Of a DNA stretch of 64,000 bases, positions 1 to 9,539 are shown one piece after another; positions within the stretch are counted from its first letter, which is position 1, and each line of letters opens with the position of its first letter. The translations under genes were made by a program, and so were the position numbers. The stretch lies in IMG/VR virus record IMGVR_UViG_3300042375_000684; one strand, written 5' to 3'. Under the pieces are notes generated by a model. The model saw only the letters and a list, made by a program, of their open reading frames with translations. It was not told the origin of the DNA and searched no databases. This DNA comes from a virus.

Positions 1-528
1 TTCCAAGGTCAAGGTGACTTCCTTTCTAAATTTGGTCTGGAAATTCGTGACCAGGTTACATTCACTGTTGCATATAGAACATTCGAGAGATTTGCAACAA
101 AAGATAATCCTGCATTAATAAGACCAAAAGAAGGCGATTTGGTCTACATGCCTATGAACAATAAGTTCTTTAAGGTTATGTTTGTAGAACACGAATCAGT
201 ATTCTATCAGGCTGGAGCATTACAGGTTTATGATCTTAAATGTGAACTATTTGAATATTCCAATGAGAGATTTGAAACTGGTGTTGATGATGTTGATAAA
301 CATTATGTTGATTTTAAAACAACCGAAATTAACAATCTTGAAGATATGTTTGCAGCAGACCCAATTGCTAAAAATATCTTCTATGAAGAAAAAGGTAATG
401 ATATTATAGACTTTACCGAAATTGATCCATTCAGCGAGACAATATTCCCACCATCGAACTATTTTGTAACAGCAGATTCAACTAAGGTAACCGCCGACGA
501 CGGTGGCATTACTGCAGATACTATATAA
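1..528 (+). CDS. gp14: Neck protein gp14 (5'-truncated by window edge)
   Basis: Frame is open from base 1 (FQGQGDFLSKFGLEIRDQVTF...RPKEGDLVYMP...YDLKCELFEYSNE), typical gp14 motifs; lies upstream of gp15. Confidence 0.9.
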   Translation, partial: FQGQGDFLSKFGLEIRDQVTFTVAYRTFERFATKDNPALIRPKEGDLVYMPMNNKFFKVMFVEHESVFYQAGALQVYDLKCELFEYSNERFETGVDDVDKHYVDFKTTEINNLEDMFAADPIAKNIFYEEKGNDIIDFTEIDPFSETIFPPSNYFVTADSTKVTADDGGITADTI

Positions 529-537
529 GAGGAACAA

Positions 538-1890
538 ATGGCTAAACAAACCATCAATATAGGAACTACGGCCAATGACCGTACCGGTGATCCTTTAAGA
601 ACCGCATTTACTAAAACAAATAGTAACTTTACTGAACTATATGCAAATGTCGCAACATTGAATAGTTCTGTAGTCACTGATGTTTCGGATTTAACTGATA
701 CTGAAGGATTATTTTTCTCTGGTGATTATAGAGATCTTTCCAATACCCCATTTATCGGTACAGATGTTTCAGATTTAACTGATACTGAAGGGTTACTTTT
801 CTCCGGCGACTATGATGATCTTTTCAATACTCCATTTATTGCAACTGATATATTAGATTTAACAGATAATAATAATCTATTAACTGTAAAAGATCATATT
901 GAGTTAACTGGTATATATCAAACATCCAATAACATCATTTCATTTACAAAAGCACCAAATACAGATTCAAATACAGTCTTTGATACGATATCTGAATATG
1001 TAATTCTTACAAGAGATGCATCTGGTATTGGTGGTCTGGGCGGCGGCATCTATAATAGTGCATTCGAAGTAGCCTATGATGTTGCCATAAGCCCAATATC
1101 AACAATATGGAATGCAGATGGCTGGGATGATGTATCAGATATTGAAACAAGATATTATCAAACTTTCAGACAGGCACTTCGCAATAGCGTAGGTGCAAAT
1201 ATTGTTGGTGCTGAACTTATTATGAAGGATACAGCAAGTAACGAATATTACAAGATTAAATTTTCTCAATGGGCACAGGGTGCTAGTCACGACGGCAGTT
1301 TTGCATATACAAGAGAGAAAATAGATACTACTACACCTATCGGAATTACATTCTATGATGGATCTACATTACCGAAAGCACCAAATACAAAACCAAAATT
1401 TGAACAATCATATGTAGGTGATTTTGGAGGATATGGCCTAACTATTTCACAAGCTGGTAGACAAGTTTATATTTATGATAATATTGTAGAAATTCCTAGT
1501 TACAATGAGCAAAACTTTAAAATTGGTGATGTAATTCAAATTATTACTGGTGGCTTTGCATCAACTATAAGACCTAAAGTAAATGACGATATCGAATTAC
1601 CAGATGCTACTCTCTATATTCAAGGTGAAACAAATTCTGTAGCATCTTTTGATATACCAGCAAGATCTATGGCTTTTCTTAGTAAAATTGCTCAAAATAT
1701 TTGGCAACTTTCTATAAGTAATTCTTCAGTTATAAAAAATGATTTAGCACCAAACACAAGCATAGGTGATAGCACAGATGTAGAAGGTATAGTTGCGTTT
1801 GATTCTACTTATTTCTATTACTGTACTTCAGACTATACCGGATCTGATAATATTTGGAAACGAATTGCTTGGAGCAATGATACCTGGTAA
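538..1890 (+). CDS. Virion structural/fibre-like protein inserted between gp14 and gp15
   Basis: N-terminal KQTINIGTTANDRTGDPLRTAF motif (shared by T4-like baseplate/fibre proteins), internal 28-aa repeats, C-terminal AFDSTYFYYC..WKRIAW module. Confidence 0.65.
   Translation: MAKQTINIGTTANDRTGDPLRTAFTKTNSNFTELYANVATLNSSVVTDVSDLTDTEGLFFSGDYRDLSNTPFIGTDVSDLTDTEGLLFSGDYDDLFNTPFIATDILDLTDNNNLLTVKDHIELTGIYQTSNNIISFTKAPNTDSNTVFDTISEYVILTRDASGIGGLGGGIYNSAFEVAYDVAISPISTIWNADGWDDVSDIETRYYQTFRQALRNSVGANIVGAELIMKDTASNEYYKIKFSQWAQGASHDGSFAYTREKIDTTTPIGITFYDGSTLPKAPNTKPKFEQSYVGDFGGYGLTISQAGRQVYIYDNIVEIPSYNEQNFKIGDVIQIITGGFASTIRPKVNDDIELPDATLYIQGETNSVASFDIPARSMAFLSKIAQNIWQLSISNSSVIKNDLAPNTSIGDSTDVEGIVAFDSTYFYYCTSDYTGSDNIWKRIAWSNDTW
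676..870 (+). repeat. 84-bp (28-aa) tandem repeat, about 2.3 copies, within the 450-aa protein
   Basis: TDVSDLTDTEGLFFSGDYRDLSNTPFIG / TDVSDLTDTEGLLFSGDYDDLFNTPFIA / TDILDLTD. Confidence 0.85.
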
Positions 1891-1900
1891 GGAACTTTAA

Positions 1901-2716
1901 ATGGCTTTTGTAAATTATTTTTATAATGCAACTACTAAAAAATACATAGCTCTTTTCGGAACTATGTTTAATAAAATTTCTATTGCACGTGATGATCCAA
2001 ATACTGGTGATGAAGTACAGCGTATGGTTGTGCCTATTTCATATGGCCCTTATCAAAAATTTCTTGCAAGAGTAAATCAAGATCCAGACTTAAATAGAAA
2101 AACTGCCATCACACTTCCTAGAATGGCTTTCGAGATAACAGGAATGGAATATGATGGTTCAAGGAAAGTTAATTCTGTAAGAAGAATTTCTGGTCAAACA
2201 CACAGTGATGATAAAAAAACATTTCAGTATGTTGGAACACCTTATAATCTGAATTTTACGCTTAGTATTATGACTAAGTATGCTGAAGATGGAACACAAA
2301 TATTAGAACAAATAATCCCTTTCTTTAAACCCGAATGGACTTACACTGTAAAGTTAATTGATAATCTTGATCCAATAGATATTCCACTAATTCTAAATTC
2401 CGTGAACATGGAAGATCTGTATGAGGCAGACTTTGAAACTAGAAGAAGTCTCTTATGGACTATTACATTTACAATGAAGGCTTGGTATTTTGGTCCACAG
2501 AGAGAAGGTAGTGTAATAAAGTTTATTGATATCAGATCGCACACCAAAATTGACACAACCGCAACACCAGAAGGTCAAATTACAATACAGCCTGGTTTAA
2601 CTGCAAATGGGCAACCAACAACATCACTTGATGAAACACTTGATTATGAACTTATTAATATTGATGATGATTGGGGAATAATTACAATTTTTAGAGATGA
2701 GATTGAGGTAACATAA
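1901..2716 (+). CDS. gp15: Tail sheath stabiliser/terminator gp15
   Basis: FGTMFNKI..., VPISYGPYQKFLAR, TLPRMAFE, QILEQIIPFFKP motifs; synteny. Confidence 0.92.
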   Translation: MAFVNYFYNATTKKYIALFGTMFNKISIARDDPNTGDEVQRMVVPISYGPYQKFLARVNQDPDLNRKTAITLPRMAFEITGMEYDGSRKVNSVRRISGQTHSDDKKTFQYVGTPYNLNFTLSIMTKYAEDGTQILEQIIPFFKPEWTYTVKLIDNLDPIDIPLILNSVNMEDLYEADFETRRSLLWTITFTMKAWYFGPQREGSVIKFIDIRSHTKIDTTATPEGQITIQPGLTANGQPTTSLDETLDYELINIDDDWGIITIFRDEIEVT

Positions 2717-3159
2717 TGAGTGATGATAAGATTGCAAATGCACTGGGTTTGAAGCCTCTAGCTGAAGTTTTAGATGCGACTGTAGAACCTTCAACTGAAC
2801 TTGCATTAGCAGATCCGGTTGAAATTGTCACTGTCATTGCAGAAGATAATGAAACTGTGAGAGATATTGAACAGGCAAGAGGTAATATAAAGAATATCAT
2901 TGAGCAAGGTGATGATGCACTTAAGGAAATGATGTCTCTTGCAAAACAATCCGAGAGTCCAAGGGCATTTGAAGTTGCTTCAACTTTGATGAAAACACTT
3001 TTGGATGCAAACAAAGACTTTGTTGAAATGTCTATGAAGAAAAAGTATGCAGTGGATGAAGTCAATGGACCAAAAGAAGCTGCTCAGACTAATGTGACAA
3101 ATAATAACTTGATTGTATCCACTGCGGATCTATTGAAAATGCTCAAAGGAGAAACTTGA
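2716..3159 (+). CDS. gp16: Terminase small subunit gp16
   Basis: ESPRAFEVASTLMKTLLDANKD and NVTNNNLIVSTADLLKML motifs; synteny. Confidence 0.88.
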   Translation: MSDDKIANALGLKPLAEVLDATVEPSTELALADPVEIVTVIAEDNETVRDIEQARGNIKNIIEQGDDALKEMMSLAKQSESPRAFEVASTLMKTLLDANKDFVEMSMKKKYAVDEVNGPKEAAQTNVTNNNLIVSTADLLKMLKGET

Positions 3160-3755
3160 TAATGACACCTGAAATGATTGAAGATTATAAAAGATGTATG
3201 GGTGATATTGAATACTTTGCTGAAAAACATATTAAAGTAAGACATGTAGAATTAGGTTTAGTACCTCTGAAATTAAACGAATTTCAAAGACAAGCTATTA
3301 AAGATTATAGCGAAAAGAATGTTTTTGCAAAATACGCAAATAGAATGGAAGGTAAAACTACTATTGCCGCTATTATTCTTTTACACCATGCAATCTTTAA
3401 TCAATATAGAGTAAGTCTTATTATGGGTCCAAAGATGCAATCAAGTAATGAAGTGTTGGATCTAATTTATGATATGCACCAAAATCTTCCAGAACACATC
3501 CAAGCAAAAATTGTTACACATAATAAAACAAAACTAGAATTTGATAATATGTGTGCTATTATAAGTGGAGGCAGCAATACTCATCAAGGTAGAGGTAGAA
3601 CACTATCAAATATCTATATTGATGAAAGTGAATTTATGAATACTCTTGATGAAGTTTTTACTAATTTATATCCTTGTATCTCAACAGCAAATAAAGGTAA
3701 ACTTTTTGCATTCACTTCAACTAGAACTTCAGAATATTTTAGAGATCATAAATGA
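3156..3755 (+). CDS. Truncated terminase large subunit paralogue (ATPase domain only)
   Basis: Collinear with the gp17 N-domain: LNEFQ (Q motif), NRMEGKTT (Walker A), IYIDESEF (Walker B), FTST (coupling motif); stops 11 aa later with no nuclease domain. Confidence 0.75.
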   Translation: MIMTPEMIEDYKRCMGDIEYFAEKHIKVRHVELGLVPLKLNEFQRQAIKDYSEKNVFAKYANRMEGKTTIAAIILLHHAIFNQYRVSLIMGPKMQSSNEVLDLIYDMHQNLPEHIQAKIVTHNKTKLEFDNMCAIISGGSNTHQGRGRTLSNIYIDESEFMNTLDEVFTNLYPCISTANKGKLFAFTSTRTSEYFRDHK

Positions 3756-5377
3756 CAGATTCTGGCGGCTACTTAGGTAATTCACTTCTTAAAAAATCTG
3801 GTACTCCAATTGAATGGACTCCAGAAATGCTCAAGGAGTATATGAAATGTGCGGAAGATCCGATCTATTTTGCTGAACGGTATATTAAAATTGTTCACGT
3901 TGATCACGGGTTTATTCCAATTAAGTTATATGATTATCAAAAAGACATTATCAATGCAATTAGTAATAATAGACGAGTTGTAGCAAATACTTCTCGTCAG
4001 GCAGGTAAAACAACTACCGCTATGGCTATTATTTTGCACTATATATTGTTTAACGAATATAAAACTGTTGCACTTCTCGCCAATAAAGCAGCATCTGCTC
4101 TTGAAATTCTTAATCGCATCCAGATGGCATTCGAAGCATTACCTGGTTGGTTACAGCAAGGTGTTATCACTTGGAATAAAGGTTCTATGGAATTAGAAAA
4201 TGGTTGTAAGGTTATTGCCGCTGCATCATCTTCAAGTTCCATTCGTGGTAAATCTATCGCATTCCTATATATCGACGAAACTGCCTTCTTAAATAATTGG
4301 GAAGAGTTTTTTGCGTCCGTTTATCCTACCATTTCATCTGGTAAAGAAACAAAAATTCTATTGACATCCACTCCGAACTCTTTGAATCACTTCTGGAAAA
4401 TCTGTAAAGAGGCACAAGAAGAAATTGATGAAAGAGGCAGGGGCAAAAACGGTTATATCTATATTGAAGTTACTTGGGATAAAGTTCCAGGCAGAGATGA
4501 AGCATGGAAAGAAGATACACTTGCTTCTATTAGTTGGAATATGGAACAGTTTCAACAAGAATTTTGTGGATCATTCATCGGAAGTTCCAGCACTCTTATC
4601 TCCGGAAGTAAACTGAAAGAACTTTCATTCTCCACACCTTTGCATGAAGGTGAGGGAATTAAACAATATGCAACAGCAGTCAAGGGACATGCATATGCCA
4701 TGGTTGTTGACGTTTCAAGAGGCAAGGGCCTTGACTATTCTACATTCTCTGTTCTTGATATTACAACAATGCCGTATCAACAGGTTTGTACATTCAGAGA
4801 TAACTACATTGGCCCCGTAGATTACGCCAGCATTATCTACAGAATAGCAAAATTGTATAATGAGTCATCCGTATTAATTGAAATAAATGATATTGGTGGT
4901 CAAGTAGCTGACGTTCTCTACTTTGATTATGGTTACGAAAATATGCTATTTACTGAAAGTGCTGGTAGATCCGGAAAACGAATTTCAGGCGGTTTTGGTA
5001 AAAATATTGATAGAGGTATTAGAACAACAAAAACTGTAAAATCAATTGGTTGTTCCATATTGAAATTACTAGTAGAACAAAATCAAATACTGCTTAATGA
5101 CTTTGAAACTATACAAGAATTGGCCAGATTTGCTCGTAGAGGTCCTTCATACGAGGCAGAATCTGGCGCACATGATGATATGGTTATGACATTGGTACTT
5201 TTTGCTTGGTTAACTGACCAAACATTCTTTAAAGACATGACAGACATAAATACACTTGCAAAACTTCGTGAAAGAACAGAAGAAGAAATAGATGATTTTC
5301 TATTACCTTTTGGTTTTTATGATAATGGAAGTGATGACATTGAGCAGCCTATTTACATGAATCCAAATAATTGGTAA
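3752..5377 (+). CDS. gp17: Terminase large subunit gp17
   Basis: SRQAGKTT, LYIDETAF, LTSTPN, nuclease motifs VDVSRG and HDDMVM. Confidence 0.97.
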   Translation: MTDSGGYLGNSLLKKSGTPIEWTPEMLKEYMKCAEDPIYFAERYIKIVHVDHGFIPIKLYDYQKDIINAISNNRRVVANTSRQAGKTTTAMAIILHYILFNEYKTVALLANKAASALEILNRIQMAFEALPGWLQQGVITWNKGSMELENGCKVIAAASSSSSIRGKSIAFLYIDETAFLNNWEEFFASVYPTISSGKETKILLTSTPNSLNHFWKICKEAQEEIDERGRGKNGYIYIEVTWDKVPGRDEAWKEDTLASISWNMEQFQQEFCGSFIGSSSTLISGSKLKELSFSTPLHEGEGIKQYATAVKGHAYAMVVDVSRGKGLDYSTFSVLDITTMPYQQVCTFRDNYIGPVDYASIIYRIAKLYNESSVLIEINDIGGQVADVLYFDYGYENMLFTESAGRSGKRISGGFGKNIDRGIRTTKTVKSIGCSILKLLVEQNQILLNDFETIQELARFARRGPSYEAESGAHDDMVMTLVLFAWLTDQTFFKDMTDINTLAKLRERTEEEIDDFLLPFGFYDNGSDDIEQPIYMNPNNW

Positions 5378-5391
5378 CAAAACATCAAGTT

Positions 5392-5399
5392 TATAAATA
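5392..5399 (+). promoter_or_regulatory. T4-type late promoter TATAAATA for gp18
   Basis: Exact consensus 53 nt upstream of the gp18 start. Confidence 0.8.
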
Positions 5400-5451
5400 G
5401 AATTGAGATTTGAATTAAGAATAATCTTATTTTATAACAAAGGAGAAAAAT

Positions 5452-7320
5452 ATGGTTTTTTCTGTAAGCCCATCCGTAACAGTCCGTGAGGTTGATGCTA
5501 CAGCAACAATTCCAGCGATCGCAACTCCTCCTGCTGCAATCGCTGGTGTTTTTAGCTGGGGACCAACTAACGAAAGAATTCTAGTAACTTCTGAAAACGA
5601 GTTAGTTTCTCGTTTTGGGAAACCTACGGATTCTAACTTTGAAACATTCTTTACTGCAGCCGACTTTTTGTCGTATTCAAATGCACTATACGTTACTCGT
5701 GTAACAAGTGATGATGCTGCAATCGCGTCCGGCACATATTTTAATGCAAAACACCCAGGTGCATTAGGTAATTCCGTTGAAGTAGCATATGTAACAAGTT
5801 CCAGTGCATATGGCAATACTGCATTATTTGATACAGACCTAATTGAAAATGTAGATAATTCTGATATTATTGCTATTGGCACAAATACATTACAAATTAT
5901 CACAACAGAAAATGTTTCTGGTATTCTTTCTAATGGTGATATTATTGTAGTAGGTAATAATGATGTTGGTTATCAAAACCTAATAGTTAATACGTATACT
6001 GTTGCATCAGTAGTAGATACAGCAAACACAGCAAACACAGCAGACGATATTACAACATATACTTATACTATAAATCTAAAAAATAGATATTCACTACCAG
6101 TAACATCTTATCTTGATCTAACATATAAGAGATATTGGGGTCTTTCATATTTATTTAGTAATGCACCAACATCAGGTAATATGCACATTGTGGTTACAGA
6201 TAGAGATGGTGATATTACTGGTGTGGCAGATACTATTCTTGAAGTGTATGAAAACGTGTCAAAGACACCATCTGCAAAACTTCAGGATGGGACAACAAAT
6301 TATTATGCAACAGTAATTGAAAACAAATCTGCTTGGATTATTGCTGATAGTACCGATAAATTAGATGGATCTGGAAATCTTTCTGGATATGAAAATCTGG
6401 CTGGAGGTCTCAATGGATCTAATGAGGCATCAATACCGTTTGGTAAAGTTGCACTTGGTTATGATCTTTATAAAGACTCTGCAGATGTTGATATTGCTTT
6501 TGTTCTTCAAGGTAAAGCAGTAAATGCAAATATTTCAAACTATATTGTTCAAAATATTGCCGAAAGAAGAAAAGATTGTGTTGCATTCATTTCACCTACT
6601 GCTGCAGCTGCCGTAGCACCATCTAATCCGATAGATAAGATGAATGCAGTTATTGCATTCAGATCACTTGTTCAAAATTCATCTTACTTCTTCATGGACT
6701 CCGGCTATAAATACCGTTATGATAAGTATAATGACGTATATCGTTGGGTACCATTAAATGGAGATATGGCAGGTCTTTGCTCTCGTATCACTCCATGGGA
6801 ATCACCAGCTGGTTATAAGCGTGGTATCATCAAGAATGTTGTAAAACTTGCTTTTAATCCAAATAAAGAACAACGTGATCAACTATACGGAAATGATATC
6901 AATCCAGTTGTTTCTCAAGTAGGTCAAGGTATCCTTCTATTCGGTGATAAGACTGGTCTTGGAACTGCTACAGGTAGTGCATTCACTCGTATTAACGTGC
7001 GCCGTCTATTCATTACAGTCGAAAAGGCAATTGCAACAACTGCTGCTTCATTCCTATTCGACTTCAATGATGAGTTCACTCAGACACAGTTTAGAAACTC
7101 AGTAGAACCATTCCTAAGAGATATCCAGGGAAGAAGAGGTATCATAGACTTTAGAGTAATTTCCGATTCTACTGTAAATACTCCTGATGTTATTGATAGA
7201 AATACATTTAGAGGAAATATTTTCATCAAACCTAGTAGAACCATTAACTTTATCGAACTTACATTTGTCGCTACTAGAACAGGTGTTGAATTTGATGAAA
7301 TTATCGGCCAGGCTCTTTAA
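5452..7320 (+). CDS. gp18: Tail sheath protein gp18
   Basis: SPSVTVREVD, FMDSGYKYRYDKYND, ESPAGYKRG, RINVRRLF motifs. Confidence 0.97.
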   Translation: MVFSVSPSVTVREVDATATIPAIATPPAAIAGVFSWGPTNERILVTSENELVSRFGKPTDSNFETFFTAADFLSYSNALYVTRVTSDDAAIASGTYFNAKHPGALGNSVEVAYVTSSSAYGNTALFDTDLIENVDNSDIIAIGTNTLQIITTENVSGILSNGDIIVVGNNDVGYQNLIVNTYTVASVVDTANTANTADDITTYTYTINLKNRYSLPVTSYLDLTYKRYWGLSYLFSNAPTSGNMHIVVTDRDGDITGVADTILEVYENVSKTPSAKLQDGTTNYYATVIENKSAWIIADSTDKLDGSGNLSGYENLAGGLNGSNEASIPFGKVALGYDLYKDSADVDIAFVLQGKAVNANISNYIVQNIAERRKDCVAFISPTAAAAVAPSNPIDKMNAVIAFRSLVQNSSYFFMDSGYKYRYDKYNDVYRWVPLNGDMAGLCSRITPWESPAGYKRGIIKNVVKLAFNPNKEQRDQLYGNDINPVVSQVGQGILLFGDKTGLGTATGSAFTRINVRRLFITVEKAIATTAASFLFDFNDEFTQTQFRNSVEPFLRDIQGRRGIIDFRVISDSTVNTPDVIDRNTFRGNIFIKPSRTINFIELTFVATRTGVEFDEIIGQAL

Positions 7321-7326
7321 TAAATA
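7319..7326 (+). promoter_or_regulatory. Late promoter variant AATAAATA for gp19
   Basis: One mismatch to consensus, 25 nt upstream of the gp19 start; the same variant recurs at 37214 and 62166. Confidence 0.55.
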
Positions 7327-7350
7327 AAGACATAACAAGGAGTTTCAAAA

Positions 7351-7887
7351 ATGGCATTTTCAATAAATGAATTCAAATCACAATTAGTAGGAGGGGGTGC
7401 TCGCAGCACCCTCTTCCAAGTACAAATAACAAATCCAATTCTTGGTATTGCAGACTTTAAAATACCTTTCATGGTAAAAACAGCAGCTATTCCAGAATCT
7501 TCAACTGGTATTATACCAGTTCCATATTTTGGAAGAATAATTAAATATGGCGGTGATAGAACATTCGGACCATGGCCTGTTACTATTATCAATGATGAAG
7601 ACTTTGCTGTTCGCAATGCAATGGAAGCTTGGTCAAATGCTATCAACTCGCATATTACTAACTTCAGAGCAGCACCATTTGACTATAAGGCACAAGCTCA
7701 AGTCACTCAGTATGGTAAAGATGGGAGTGTATTAAGAGAATATACATTTGAAGGTTTGTTCCCAACTTCAATTTCAACTATTGATCTTTCATGGCAAGCA
7801 CAAGACCAAATTGAAGAATTTAGTGTAACATTTGAATATGATCTTTGGAGAGTATCCGGCGGAGTTACTGGTAATTCTACCACGTAA
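7351..7887 (+). CDS. gp19: Tail tube protein gp19
   Basis: GGARSTLFQV, IPVPYFGRIIKYGGDRTF, IEEFSVTFEYD. Confidence 0.96.
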   Translation: MAFSINEFKSQLVGGGARSTLFQVQITNPILGIADFKIPFMVKTAAIPESSTGIIPVPYFGRIIKYGGDRTFGPWPVTIINDEDFAVRNAMEAWSNAINSHITNFRAAPFDYKAQAQVTQYGKDGSVLREYTFEGLFPTSISTIDLSWQAQDQIEEFSVTFEYDLWRVSGGVTGNSTT

Positions 7888-7907
7888 TTTATTAGAAGGA
7901 ATATAAT

Positions 7908-9539
7908 ATGAGATTATTTGGATTCGAGATCAAGCGACCAGATGATGATGTAAAAAATCAGCCAGTATCTTTTGCTGAGCCTTTAAATGATGATGGAGCT
8001 TTAACCGTAGGAGGTGCCGTTGGTGGCTCCTACGGTATGCTTTTGGATTTGGAAGGAACTGCAAAATCTGAAGCTGAACTTGTGACTCGCTATAGAGCTT
8101 TGACTATAAATCCAGAAATACAGCAAGCTATTGATGAAATTGTAAATGAATCTATCAGTGTTGATTCTCATGATAAGGTTGTCAACATAATTCTTGATGA
8201 AACAAATCTTCCGGATAAAGTCAAAGAAAAAATAAGTGAAGAATTTCAGAATATTTTACAACTTCTAGATTTTTCTAATAGTGCATATGAGATATTCACT
8301 AAATTCTATGTAGATGGCAGATTAAATTATCACGTTATTATAGATGAGAAAAATTTAAAAGAAGGTATCAAAGAACTTAGATATCTTGATCCAAGAAAAA
8401 TTAGACTCATTCGTGAAATGCAAAATGAACAAATAAAAGATCAAGCTAGCAATGCATTGGTAAAGAAGATCAAAAAGGAGTACTATATGTATTCTGAAAG
8501 TGGATTTGGTGCTAGTAAAGTATCAAATTATTCTTCATCAATACAAGGGCTAAAGATTGCTAAAGACGCAATTGTTAGAGTTACATCCGGTCTGCTAAAC
8601 GAGAATAATTCAGTAGTTCTTTCACACTTGCATAAGTCTATCAAGTCTCTCAACCAATTGAGAATATTGGAAGATGCTACTATTATCTATACAATGACAA
8701 GAGCACCAGAACGCAGAATTTTTTATGTTGACGTTGGTAACTTGCCAAAAGCAAAAGCTGAACAGTATCTACATGATATGATGGCTCGTCACAAGAATAG
8801 AGTGACGTATGATCCATCATCTGGTGAAATTAAAGATGATAGAAAAATGATGACTATGACCGAGGATTATTGGTTTCCAAGAAGAGAAGGCAATAATGCG
8901 ACCGAAGTGACTACACTAAATGGTGGATCTGGTTTAGGTGAAGATAAAAACCTTCCGTATTTTCAATCTAAACTATATAAATCGCTAAATGTCCCAGTTG
9001 CAAGGCTTCAACCGGAAACTATGTATTCATTCGGTCGAATGTCAGAAGTGACTCGCGAAGAATTAAAATTTGCTAAATTTATTAAAAGACTTCGCACAAG
9101 ATTTTCAATTCTATTTGATAGATGCCTTGAACGACAATTGGTTTTAAAGGGTGTTATTTCACCTGACGAATGGAAAGAAATTCAAAATAAAATCCGTTAT
9201 GACTTCATGAAGGATAACTATTTTGAAGAGTTGAAAGAAGCTGAAATACTTCGCGAAAAGCTTGAAACACTTCGCCAGATTGAGGAACAAATTGGTAAAT
9301 ACTTCTCTCGTGAATGGGTTGTCAAGAATGTTCTTTACATGCCAGAAGATGAATGGAAAGACATGAAGAAGCAAATTGATAAAGAAGCAAAAGAAGAGCC
9401 TCCTATTGACGATATGCCTCAAGATAGTCAAGGTGCAGCTCCACCACAGCCGCCACAAGATGATCAACCTACAGAAGAAGGTTTGACCGTTATAAATAGA
9501 AAAAATCTTACTAATTTTTCAAAAAGGGCTCAAAAATGA
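7908..9539 (+). CDS. gp20: Portal protein gp20
   Basis: YVDGRL, IYTMTRAPERRIFYVDVGNLPK, EDYWFPRREG. Confidence 0.97.
   Translation: MRLFGFEIKRPDDDVKNQPVSFAEPLNDDGALTVGGAVGGSYGMLLDLEGTAKSEAELVTRYRALTINPEIQQAIDEIVNESISVDSHDKVVNIILDETNLPDKVKEKISEEFQNILQLLDFSNSAYEIFTKFYVDGRLNYHVIIDEKNLKEGIKELRYLDPRKIRLIREMQNEQIKDQASNALVKKIKKEYYMYSESGFGASKVSNYSSSIQGLKIAKDAIVRVTSGLLNENNSVVLSHLHKSIKSLNQLRILEDATIIYTMTRAPERRIFYVDVGNLPKAKAEQYLHDMMARHKNRVTYDPSSGEIKDDRKMMTMTEDYWFPRREGNNATEVTTLNGGSGLGEDKNLPYFQSKLYKSLNVPVARLQPETMYSFGRMSEVTREELKFAKFIKRLRTRFSILFDRCLERQLVLKGVISPDEWKEIQNKIRYDFMKDNYFEELKEAEILREKLETLRQIEEQIGKYFSREWVVKNVLYMPEDEWKDMKKQIDKEAKEEPPIDDMPQDSQGAAPPQPPQDDQPTEEGLTVINRKNLTNFSKRAQK

Noticed and set aside
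3156-5377. Programmed frameshift joining the terminase paralogue to gp17
   Set aside because: gp17 already has its own complete ATPase domain, so a fusion would duplicate it, and no slippery site with a stimulatory structure was evident.
5427-5903. 158-aa minus-strand ORF within gp18, and 12744-13121 within gp22
   Set aside because: Antisense shadows of conserved structural genes.
6019-6042. 9-bp tandem repeat in gp18 (TANTANTA)
   Set aside because: A short in-frame slippage in a variable sheath loop; ordinary.
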